Positions 37,409 through 49,214 of a DNA stretch of 62,000 bases are shown in pieces (the stretch's first letter is position 1; every line of letters begins with the position of its first letter). Both the position numbers and the translations under genes were made by a program. The notes beneath the pieces were generated by a model that saw only the letters and a list, made by a program, of their open reading frames with translations, was not told the origin of the DNA and searched no databases. The DNA is from Wallemia ichthyophaga EXF-994 (Eukaryota; Fungi; Basidiomycota): NCBI RefSeq assembly GCF_000400465.1, contig NW_008806277.1, positions 180,001 to 242,000 on the forward strand. Reading direction: 5' to 3'.

Positions 37409-39007
37409 CACCGCTATGAATATCACAAAATGAGTACAAAAGGTTAGGTCACTATAAAAGGCAAATGAAAAGTGACCTGACTCGACATCTATGTGGCCCT
37501 TTCGTCTTGTATAAAGTCGAAAATCGCATTACACTGATTAAGAGTGTAATTATCAAACTTTTCAGTAATTTGGAATGTAATATTTCAGGATAGATAAGGC
37601 CCGAATGGGAAATAATCTGATTCAACATGAGTATTAACCAGGCCCTAACAAAACTCGCAGATCCTTATGAAATTGTATGTGATGAGATTAATTTGATATT
37701 TGTCTTGTTTTGAGTTGAGCGTGTTTATTTGGCTTGTGCATAGATAGATTAGCCAGATTGAAGGGCCAAATTGTAGAAAAGAGCCAAATAACAAGCCGTT
37801 AAGGTATCTGACACAGCTACTGCTGGATCTATTGATCCTTAGCTCGTCGCTAGTTTATAATCACCACCGAATTAATGATCGAAAGAGGAAGCTAAGTGTA
37901 ACACAGGTTTAAAAGTAGTTTACTCTCAACAGAAGAGATCGGTTTGTATTTGAAAGACTATCACTGCGATTGAAACATACGGGGAATTGTCTTTTCTGGG
38001 CGAGATGCTTCCTCATCACAGTTATAAGAATTACTTAATGATAAACAGATGAACAAAATGTACTCTTGCCATATGTAACCACAAACGTATGCAAATATAC
38101 ACATTAGAGATCAAGTCGTTACGTAGAACCTTTGAGGGCGAGTCACGATTGAATTTCAGGTCCAATTATAGAGAATATCAAAAGAAACTGACTATAATAT
38201 TTTAAAACTGACTTATTCATTGTTCAATTTGGGAGATGCACACTAGTAGACTTTAAGGGTGCAACATTGGAAAACGTTGGGGTTGCTCAACATAACATTT
38301 CTAATTTGGCTAACCGCTAGATAAAAAGCTAGACCAACCCAATAGCAATTACAAAGTGTAGCCCACCGAGTTTTAATTCAGAAAAGCTCATGATTAAATA
38401 CAAATTCTGATAGTATCATACATCGTTTCAAAGTAAAAACGGTTGGAAGGCTAGCTTACGGTACAATTACAGCTGAAGATAAAATGATTACATCTAATAA
38501 AACTACAGATCGCAAATCACCTGAGACCAACAAAATACAGAAACATTAAGCAATAGTACTTGTAGCGTGATTAGTAAAACCGTAAACGTTCATGCTTCAG
38601 CCCACTACAGGTAATCACTAAAAAGGTGGCCTTCAACGAAATGAGACACGAAAGTAAGAAATATAAAGTTTTCAAAACCATTGTAAGTTTCCAAATAAAG
38701 TGAAGGTCGTATTCAAAGCTACATTATTAATGATCAAACGATCACTATACCGAGATGAGCAGGTGTGAAAACTCTCATTTTCTGAATGAGACATAATTAC
38801 GAAATAAACTGCTATAACTTCCATCAAACAACTTCATGTTGGAAAGAAAAGCTACGCGAAAGCAGCATTATTTGCCAGACGTTCCCTATGGGATTTTAAG
38901 AACGTTAGTGTTGAGCTAAGACTTCATTCGAAAGATAGTGTTAAGAACCATTCGTTGATGTGAATCTTTTGCACATAAACTGTACATTTTAGGACCATTA
39001 TCGCAAG
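37409..39007 (+). repeat. Left arm of 1599-bp near-perfect inverted repeat
   Basis: Reverse complement of 40095-41693; four substitutions seen. Confidence 0.95.
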
Positions 39008-40094
39008 TCATCATAGAGATCCAGTTATCTTTAGATTCTTTGCATAATGTCATTTCGAAACTAAATCAGACGCGAGATAGATAATTTTCGGCTCGTTATA
39101 TGTCATTGTCATAACGGCACAAGACTTTTTTCACATTACCTTTCTATATCTATATAAGATATTCAGAATAGAAAAAGTTAAAAGTTGAAATGTCAAGTAA
39201 TATAAGACAATTAAGTTTAACAGCTACTCCTAAAGTACGCGATTTAAATTCTAGTAACAACTTTCATCTCCCCTTGATTAACGACATTTGGATTGAGGCA
39301 TGGTTGAAGTAACACTTACAATGTCGAGATAATGAATTAAAAATTCAAAGTTGAGTTTATCGATTAACTCAGAATTGCATCATTTCAAGAATTTTTAAAA
39401 GAGATATGCACCTTTTTTTTTTCAACTTATAGACTTACAAATCAATAATCTTCAAACACACATATTAGAAGGAGGCAGGATCTAGCTATATACTTACCAT
39501 ATAATCGTTACTGGATGCCCTCAGCCTTTGAGAGAAACAAACAAAATCATTTATTTTTTGGGCTTGAGTGATCAATTGTTTTTAACTTTATTGACATTAA
39601 TAGCCTGAATTTATCACAGGAAGTTGTTTCCTCTTCCTTTTGTTGTAAAAGAAAGACCAGGTTATTTTAAACGCAAACAGGTTTTTGTCGAAAATGTTCC
39701 CTATTTTTGAAAACACAGGCTTATTTAAGCATTTGATTGAGAATTTCTTTCAATCATCCTTCGATCAATAACTCAATTTAAAGCAGATCAACGCCAAATC
39801 CCCACTCACTAACAATCTGACTGTTAGCATTGAATTGTGAAATTTTGATGTCAGAACAGATTTCTGTTACAAATGAAGTACAGATCACCATTTCACATTT
39901 AAATTCTAGCAAAAGCACGAAATTAATAACGAAGTTAGGTCCAAAGCAGTGCAAATCATTTACATTTATCAGATGATGTAAATGTGATTGAAATATATAT
40001 TTTTTTGCTAATGTCTTCCTCACATCACATTAGCACTATTCGTGCCGATGGAAAAAAATAACGGAGTCCAATGATTCGTGGAGATTCAAAATGG

Positions 40095-41693
40095 CTTGCG
40101 ATAATGGTCGTAAAATGTACAGTTTATGTGCAAAAGATTCACATCAACGAATGGTTCTTAACACTATCTTTCGAATGAAGTCTTAGCTCAACACTAACGT
40201 TGTTGAAATCCCATAGGGAACGTCTGGCAAATAATGCTGCTTTCGCGTAGCTTTTCTTTCCAACATGAAGTTGTTTGATGGAAGTTATAGCAGTTTATTT
40301 CGTAATTATGTCTCATTCAGAAAATGAGAGTTTTCACACCTGCTCATCTCGGTATAGTGATCGTTTGATCATTAATAATGTAGCTTTGAATACGACCTTC
40401 ACTTTATTTGGAAACTTACAATGGTTTTGAAAACTTTATATTTCTTACTTTCGTGTCTCATTTCGTTGAAGGCCACCTTTTTAGTGATTACCTGTAGTGG
40501 GCTGAAGCATGAACGTTTACGGTTTTACTAATCACGCTACAAGTACTATTGCTTAATGTTTCTGTATTTTGTTGGTCTCAGGTGATTTGCGATCTGTAGT
40601 TTTATTAGATGTAATCATTTTATCTTCAGCTGTAATTGTACCGTAAGCTAGCCTTCCAACCGTTTTTACTTTGAAACGATGTATGATACTATCAGAATTT
40701 GTATTTAATCATGAGCTTTTCTGAATTAAAACTCGGTGGGCTACACTTTGTAATTGCTATTGGGTTGGTCTAGCTTTTTATCTAGCGGTTAGCCAAATTA
40801 GAAATGTTATGTTGAGCAACCCCAACGTTTTCCAATGTTGCACCCTTAAAGTCTACTAGTGTGCATCTCCCAAATTGAACAATGAATAAGTCAGTTTTAA
40901 AATATTATAGTCAGTTTCTTTTGATATTCTCTATAATTGGACCTGAAATTCAATCGTGACTCGCCCTCAAAGGTTCTACGTAACGACTTGATCTCTAATG
41001 TGTATATTTGCATACGTTTGTGGTTACATATGGCAAGAGTACATTTTGTTCATCTGTTTATCATTAAGTAATTCTTATAACTGTGATGAGGAAGCATCTC
41101 GCCCAGAAAAGACAATTCCCCGTATGTTTCAATCGCAGTGATAGTCTTTCAAATACAAACCGATCTCTTCTGTTGAGAGTAAACTACTTTTAAACCTGTG
41201 TTACACTTAGCTTCCTCTTTCGATCATTAATTCGGTGGTGATTATAAACTAGCGACGAGCTAAGGATCAATAGATCCAGCAGTAGCTGTGTCAGATACCT
41301 TAACGGCTTGTTATTTGGCTCTTTTCTACAATTTGGCCCTTCAATCTGGCTAATCTATCTATGCACAAGCCAAATAAACACGCTCAACTCAAAACAAGAC
41401 AAATATCAAATTAATCTCATCACATACAATTTCATAAGGATCTGCGAGTTTTGTTAGGGCCTGGTTAATACTCATGTTGAATCAGATTATTTCCCATTCG
41501 GGCCTTATCTATCCTGAAATATTACATTCCAAATTACTGAAAAGTTTGATAATTACACTCTTTATCAGTGTAATGCGATTTTCGACTTTATACAAGACGA
41601 AAGGGCCACATAGATGTCGAGTCAGGTCACTTTTCATTTGCCTTTTATAGTGACCTAACCTTTTGTACTCATTTTGTGATATTCATAGCGGTG
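40095..41693 (-). repeat. Right arm of 1599-bp near-perfect inverted repeat
   Basis: Reverse complement of 37409-39007; spacer 39008-40094 (1087 bp). Confidence 0.95.
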
Positions 41694-43219
41694 TAATTTT
41701 CCTACTGATGAATGCTTAATGTGACTTTAGTTCACACAAAGACCTCTTGTTACACTCTTCCTGTTGCTAAAATCTTAACTAACTCTTTCTTCAGACATGA
41801 AACATTAATGCCATCATGCATTAGGGGGTTCCTTACCTGAGAGATTTCTGTAACTCTTTAGTAGGGCTATCACTCCCTGAACCCCAATCGCGTTCGAAGT
41901 TGTAGAAGTAAGTTCGTACTTTTCGATCTTTTCTTTGTACGTGTTGTTTGGTACCAGTTCTTGGTATGATTACGATACGTGTACAAAAGTTATGAATTTC
42001 AAAATGTCATTTTCGTACGCCGTAAAATATATCGAAGGTATTCGACCTGACAAAATATAAAGTGGATACCGATTGATAGTTTCATTTAAATGAATTTTTA
42101 TTCGATAATAATTATAATTCTCATTGTATTCCAGGGAGCACAGCACGATATAGTACCCGTACTTTTCGTACAGTGAGATCGAAATGCGTACAAAGTTAAC
42201 GTCTACGGTATGAGTACAAAATTAAATAATCTGTATGAGTGCAACATTACAGAATGTTTATTAATTTGTACAATTCAATTAAAGCCAATGATGAGCTGCA
42301 CCAGAGTCGAACTTGCTTCACGTACGAAATTACGTTTAGTGATAGCACTACTGTTCAGTAGCACTGTATTGCAGTTCCCTAAACTCTTTGAAAATGCTTG
42401 TAAGGATTCTAAACGTAGTCTGTGTATCAATAAGAAGCTTCGATGTTTGAAGTCAATGCCTCGTCGAGATTACTTAGGGTGTAAAACTGCAGATTGCTGC
42501 GCCAAATAATTTACGTATTGGACTTAAAGTTCTAAGTTATTGATCTTCGTAATGTAATCTAATGCCTTGTCCCTTTCCTACTACCTATGAAGAGCAAAAC
42601 CCGGGTTTCACGTACAAATTTCGCTGTCAAGCCTGTGCTTTTTAAGTTACTGTGTTAACTGAGCTGTTCAACGAAGGTTAATGTATCTGCTGATTCGTCA
42701 GCTATAAGCTTGTATGCATGCGTAGCTTGTTCGCGCAAGTGGCGTCTTTTTTTTCTCTTGTTCCGATTTGTTTAAGCGTTCTTTGCGAGTGATATCACTA
42801 GGCGTGTCTGGAACTTTCTGCGTAATTTCGCCCAACAGTCTAATCCATGTAATCGAAACAAGTCTCAGATTTCTATTCGTATCGGGTTTCTTGCACGATT
42901 ATCCTCTGTTTATGAGAATAAAACATCAGGCCCAAAGCCATTCTCTTCTTCCCACTTTTCAGTTTACCTTAGCCTACAATTTTTAGTACTTTTTAACAAG
43001 TGCATGTCTGTAAGGTTCTAGGAAAGTCTTGACATGTTTTCAAGTTAACTCTCTTTTCTGTGCATGACTTGGTCTGGACATATTTTAGTAGCACGCTGCT
43101 GCTTTGGATGCTTTGAAGGTCTTACGTTAGTACCTATAGCTAGATATAGTATTACATTGATGGGTGGTGGGGACACATTTTAATGCAATGATTATTTCCT
43201 ACACCATGCTTTCTTCAGA

Positions 43220-43825
43220 CATAGCACCCACTACTATAATTCATGTAATTCTTAAGTTTTTGTTGGTATCACTTAATGTTTTGATTCCATTACACAGAAA
43301 CGATTTAACAAATTGTCTAAGTTCCATATTGCTGTGTTGAGGAATTGCTTGTACAGCGATAAAACAGATAGAACAAATTTAATAAGTGAGATTAATCTGA
43401 AGTATGTCATGAGGAAAGGCGTGTTTGTACAGTAAATGTGAATTGTAGAACTCCATGCTTCAGTTTAGACTGGTGGAAGGGTAATATGAAGAAAGTTAGA
43501 CGTGAGGTGGCGCATGTGGAGTGCCAAAAGCCTAGCAGCAAGAGGAATACCATCCATCGTGCTTCTTTTTGTTACCGCGTCTTATAATATATTTTTGACT
43601 CTTGCTTAGTTTGTATAAAATACATCTCAACAATTTGCAGAATGTGTCGGGCCCAGCGGTGTTCCCTTCCGGTCGGTTTTCAGTACACCCTGACCTAATG
43701 CACGCATCTCAAAATGTGGTCTTTTGCTGATTCCTGATTTCAGAGAATGCAACAGGCGCAATCGGCTCTCACTTTTGGTCACGTTCTAGTTTTTCTAAGT
43801 ACCGGTTTCATGAATATCATGATAG
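43220..43825 (-). repeat. Right arm of older degenerate outer inverted repeat
   Basis: Collinear inverted similarity to about 36435-37060. Confidence 0.7.
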
Positions 43826-44132
43826 ATTACCTTTAGCGCAATCTTGGACGGCACAAACAAGCCTAAATGAGATAACTACCTTGATGACAACATAATGCAG
43901 AGAAAGATATGTTCAATATCAGTACTCTCATATTAATTCGCAACCTTTATGCTTGTCGTATCGAGACTGTTGAGCAATTGAATAGGCTTGAATTGAGATT
44001 TTATCTTATTTTATAAATTCGTTAGTAATTATGCGATGGGTGGGTGGGTGTAGCGATCAATACCAGCTGCGGACGGTCGTATAGTCTAGAAATTTTTTAG
44101 GATGAGACAATGAATCATATCTCGATAACTAT

Positions 44133-45235
44133 CTATTTAAAATAATCCGGTAATATGTAGGACAGTTTCTCTTTCGACTCCTTCGTGAATTTGTCTTTGG
44201 ATGTAACAATGCTAAATTGCATGGAGCCATTCTGGGAAGGAATCTTGTTGGCTGATATTGCATCATGAACATGTTGCAAAACATTTTGGGCCACGAATTT
44301 TGAGTTTTCAGCGTTAGTGGTTAAAGTTTTGATCACTTCAGCGACTGTTACAGGCTCTTCATTCATTCTCCATGCATCATAGTCTGTTGATGTGCAGATG
44401 AGCGAGTACCCTAATTCTGCCTCTTTAGCCAATTTGGCTTCAGGAATAACGGACATATTAATAATATCAGCTCCTAATTGTCTGTACATCCTAGATTCGG
44501 CACGAGTAGAGAACTGAGGACCCTCCATACAAACTAGTGTAGAGTCGCGATCACCATGGTTAGTATGCAGATTCAAACCTGATGGTAAAACTTGCTTGAC
44601 AAGTGGGGCAATAAAAGACGATAGCTCAGTAGTAAAGGGTTCACCAAACATAGCATGGGCAACTACTCCCTGATTCAATCCAAAGTAAGTATGCTGTCTA
44701 ATGGACTTTGTGCGATCGATGACCTGGTTCGGAATAATGAAGTCACCTGGCTTGATCTCCTCTCTGAGAGAACCCACAGCAGAAAAGGCAACAATGGCCT
44801 TAACGCCTACGTGTTTCAAAGCAGCAATGTTAGCTTGACCATTAACTTCAGATGGAGTAATGGAGTGATTGATGCCATGCCTAGCGATGAAAGCAATCTG
44901 AGCTCCTGACGGAAGAGCAAGAATCATTACATTTGAGCTTGGTCTACCCCAAGGCTAGGAGAGAAATAAGAAGGCTGGAGAAAGGAGAAGAAGAGACTAA
45001 CTGTTTGAACACCGACATCCTTGACATGCTTCAAACTGTCAAGCTTGTAGAATCCGCTGTAATCTTGGTTAGAAAATTATGGAGTATAACGGGACAAACC
45101 TTCCACCTGTAAGAGAAATGCTTGAGTACAGGCAGAAACATAAGCAGAAGTAGGGAATTACCAATAACACCAATTAAAGGATCTAAAATATGTAAGCTTA
45201 GCTTAGTTTCCAAACACCGCCAACTCACTCGTCAT
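44133..45235 (-). CDS. MEU1: S-methyl-5'-thioadenosine phosphorylase
   Basis: LIGVIGGSG (split over small exons), [48 protein letters not shown]. Confidence 0.95.
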
Positions 45236-45262
45236 CGTCGTTTTGATACGGTCACGCTCAGG

Positions 45263-46670
45263 ATGGATAAGAAAATAGATATTTCAACAGATAGCAAAAA
45301 TCAGAGTAAACTTTCGTCTGCAGGTGAGCAGCACCACAATAAACAATTTATAGCGACTAACTTATCTAAGGTCTATCCGTTGTAAGCTATTGTCTTGCGT
45401 CGATAGCGATGACAGTAAGTAGAGGTGTACCTCAATCACGGCCTTGTTGAAGCACATTGATATTAGGTAATAAACAGTAAGCTGGTTATCCTGTGTCTTC
45501 CTAACTGACCTTGGATAGAATATATTGTGTCTGGCAGAGGCTTTGACATGAATTTATTGTTATTAGCTATACAGTCTATAGTTTCGATATCATTAGTGTC
45601 TGGTTTGAAGTCGTTGAATGTCATCAACTTCCGAAACTTCAATTGGTCAGATACCAAGTCCTGGTTTCCAGTTAGCTTTCTTTTAGCTGTCGTCATTTAC
45701 ACCGGCTCCAAGTCACTGCAGCATCTTCAAATACCAGTTTATACCATTTTCAAGAACCTAACAATCATCCTCATTGCATACGGTGAAACTTTGTGGTTTG
45801 GCGGTTCGATCTCGAAGCTAACCTTCTTTTCATTTCTTTTGATGGTCCTATCTTCTCTGGTAGCTGCATCGGATGATATTGTCAGCGCCTTTTCACATGT
45901 CGAGTCACCTGGTTCGGCCAATGGATACTGCTGGATGCTTACAAATTGTCTCTCTAGCGCTGCATATGTGAGCATCCAGATTTCAACTCTGTATCAGCTG
46001 ACGGATGCCTTAAGGTCCTCTTGATGAGGAAGAGAATAAAAGTTACCGCTTTCAAAGATTGGGATTCAATGGCGTGGGTTTGAATGGAAACTGATTCATT
46101 GTTGCTAATAGTTTTAAGATACAATAACGCTCTCTCAGTTCCTTTGCTCGTATTTGCGTCGCTGGTCAAAGAAGACTGGTCGTTAGAGTCGCTAGAGAAA
46201 AATTTCCCACCTTCAAACAGACACTTATTGTTGTCGACGATAGTATTTTCTGGAGCAGCAGCAGTTAGTTAAGACTACGATCTACTTGAAGCGAGCTAAA
46301 AATATCTACAGGTAGGGATTAGTTATACAACAGCTTGGTGCGTGCGTACAACGTCCTCAACAACTTACTCGTTCGTGAAGCTTTTGACGTTTAACTTTTC
46401 TGATAAGTTGTATAGCATGGTAGGAGCATTGAACAAATTGCCAGTCGCGGCATCTGGGTTGATATTCTTGTGTGTTTTACGTTTTACAAGAAGGATAATA
46501 AGCTAACATAAACATTCAGTAACGATCCAGCTACACCGAAGTCCATATCAGCCATAGCGATTGGATTCGTTGCCGGGGTAATGTATACAATAGCGAAGCA
46601 AAATCAAACGAGGATAGGAGCGCAAAAGCAAAACAGTTATATACCTCTAACGAGCAATAACAACAAATAA
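45263..46670 (+). CDS. VRG4: Golgi GDP-mannose transporter
   Basis: [56 protein letters not shown]. Confidence 0.93.
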
Positions 46671-46796
46671 ATTGAAATAGCATCGATAAATTTTTTTTAA
46701 TGCACTTGAATAATTTCGCGGATTGAAGGCTGCCATTACAAAACCAAATAAAGTGAGTAGAGAGGATTGAAGAGTAATCATCTGACGAAAGTAAGG

Positions 46797-47394
46797 ATGT
46801 CAATTGAGGAAATCCAAGAAAACGTAGAGAACCTTAACTTCAGCGAACCAGGTCCTTCAAACGCAGCTACACAGAGTCGTGCAGAGAAGAAGGCCAGACA
46901 AGCGCTTCAAGGTCATGGATTGAAAAAGGTCCCAGGTGTCACCAGAGTCGTTCTCAGACGCTCACGTAATGTCATGCTCGTAGCATCGAACCCAGAAGTG
47001 CACACGGCACCAGGCTCAGGTATCCACATAGTGAGTTGCTGTCAAAATGAAGTAAAAAAAGATTACTGACGAGGATTAGGTCTTTGGTGAATTTAAGGTG
47101 GAAGACCCAAGCCAATTACAAGCCGCACAAGGAGAAGCTCCAGAAGGCCAAGACAAGTCAGAATCAAAGAAGCCAGAAGAGATCATGTCAGAAATGGACA
47201 CCCAAGCGGCAAACATTTCTGAAGCAAAGGGCAAAGACGTTGAAGACGAAGGAGAAGTAGATGAAACTGGCGTCGACGCTAAAGATATCGAGCTCGTTAC
47301 TGCACAAGTAGGCTGCACACGCGCTAAAGCAGTAAAGTCGCTCAAGGAGAAGAATGGGGATTTGATTAACGCCATAATGGCAGCCTCCGACTAA
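46797..47394 (+). CDS. EGD2: Nascent polypeptide-associated complex alpha subunit
   Basis: [32 protein letters not shown]-terminal UBA-like [30 protein letters not shown]. Confidence 0.88.
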
Positions 47395-47576
47395 GGACAA
47401 AATTTTGACAGTACATATCGAAAAACAATGTTTATTTAGAAATAAATGAATTTAAAATAAAAAGAAGAGAGTGTGAATATTTGAATAGATATGCATTCCA
47501 AACTAAATAATTCAACATTCATAACTCCGTACTGACATGAGGCGGTCAGTGCTTGACGTTCTTGGACCAAATCATC

Positions 47577-48911
47577 ATGGTGCAATCCATCTCAGAAGCT
47601 GAATCTATTGGCATACTCAACCTGCCAAATCAGCGCCATAAGAGTAATTCCTTTCTCTGTGTCCGTCATGCCCAGCTAACGCTCTCTAGTTGGTTAGTTG
47701 CCAGGTCATCACGCTAACAAACCAATTAACTGTACCGTAGTCGCAAAGCGTGGTGGACATTTCACTATAATGGTCGTCGGTGAATCTGGCCTCGGAAAGG
47801 TTAGTAGAATTGTACGTGACACGCTTTTCTAATCACGACTATCAGTCTACACTCATCAACACACTCTTTTCCACTGAGCTTTCCGCTAAGAAGGATTACC
47901 GTCGCCGCCACGCCAAGCAGCTCGACAAAACTACTGAGATTGAGATTATCAAAGCGTACGTTTATTTATGTCTTAGATATGTCTCTGACGTGCTTTAGTG
48001 AATTGGAAGAGAAGCAATTTAAGGTTAAGCTCACTGTCATCGATACCCCTGGCTTCGGTGATTACGTTAACAACCGTGATAGCTGGTCTCCAATTATTGA
48101 TTTCATTGATGATCAGCATGAGTCTTATATGCGTCAAGAGCAACAGCCAAACCGTCAGGAAAAATCTGATATGAGGGTACACGCTTGTTTGTACTTTGTT
48201 CGTCCAACTGGCCACACACTTAAGCCACTGGACATCGAAATCATGAAGAGACTTGGTACGCGTGTCAACCTTGTTCCAGTAATCGCAAAGGCAGATACCC
48301 TTACTCAGGCTGATTTACAGTCATTTAAGAAGCGCATCTGGGAGGTCATTCACGCTCAAGGTATCAAGATATATCAACCACCTGTTGAATCTGACGATGA
48401 AGGCAACCAACAACACGTTCAAGACCTCATTGACTCTTTGCCATTCTCAATCATTGGCTCAACTGAGGATGTGAAGAATGGTGAAGGAAAGCTTGTGAAA
48501 GGAAGACAATACTTATGGGGTGTGGCTGAGGTTGAGAACGAGCAGCACTGTGACTTTAGAAAGTTAAGACAGCTCCTCGTTAGGACGCACATGCTTGATC
48601 TGATCAATACCACTGAAGAAACGCACTATGAGCACTACAGACAAGCACAAATGGAAACGAGGAAATTTGGAGAACCAAAACCAAAGAAGCTTGACAACCC
48701 AAAGTTCAAAGAAGAAGAGGAAGCTCTCAGAAAGAGATTTACTGAACAAGTTAAGTTGGAGGAAGGCAGATTTAGGCAGTGGGAGCATCACTTGATGGCT
48801 GAGAGAGACAGATTGAACAAGGATCTCGAAACTTCTCATGGACAAATCAAATCAATTGAGTCAGAGTTGGATGCAATACAAATTGGCTATGGCCGCTCAC
48901 AACGCCGTTAA
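47577..48911 (+). CDS. CDC12: Septin, Cdc12/AspC type
   Basis: NLPNQRHKIVAKR, FTIMVVGESGLGK, DTPGFGD, VIAKAD, GRQYLWG, and C-terminal coiled coil KFKEEEEALRKRFTEQVK. Contains a 3-nt exon. Confidence 0.88.
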
Positions 48912-49214
48912 CGATTGACTTGAATACCCATTTACACTGATGAACAATCAAGATGAATATAATTTTACATTTCTTAATAAATTTATAAGTAATACATGAT
49001 ATGGGTTTATGTTTAGTTTTCTTTGGGTTTTGGTATATCGCTGTGCCTGTCACGCTGATAGCAGTCTTAGCCCTATCTAGACAGAGGAATGGAGGGAAAA
49101 CTGTTAATAAATCACAATCAAATAAATTTAGATTTTAGTAATTAAACTGCTATAAAAAAAGTTACCCAATTCGACTCGCACTCTTTCGTCAGTACCACCA
49201 CCGAGCGAGCTAAA

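Larger units (their letters stand above)
35600..44100. other. Gene-free island, candidate inverted-repeat centromere
   Basis: No credible ORF over about 8.5 kb in a window where intergenic gaps are otherwise under 1 kb; nested inverted repeats. Centromere identity is inferred. Confidence 0.55.

Noticed and set aside
39600-39730. Repeated (A/C)CAGG-TTATTT-like motif in the central core
   Set aside because: Only 3-4 loose copies with irregular spacing; not distinguishable from chance by eye.
37409-41693. Foldback/CACTA-like DNA transposon with long terminal inverted repeats
   Set aside because: No transposase ORF and no clean target-site duplication (left flank TAG, right flank TAA). The older outer IR and the large gene desert are not explained. 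Not fully excluded without a genome-wide copy search.
37409-41693. Assembly fold-back artefact
   Set aside because: The arms differ at several positions, the spacer is unique, and an independent degenerate outer IR surrounds it. Long reads are still needed for proof.
39778-42986. ORFs 39778..40023, 42210..42509 and 42768..42986 in the gene desert
   Set aside because: Short, no recognisable motifs, non-ATG or weak starts, and no splice-linked extensions; consistent with chance ORFs.
35600-44100. tRNA genes or CRISPR-like arrays in the island
   Set aside because: No cloverleaf with A/B boxes and no regularly spaced direct repeats; the DNA is eukaryotic.
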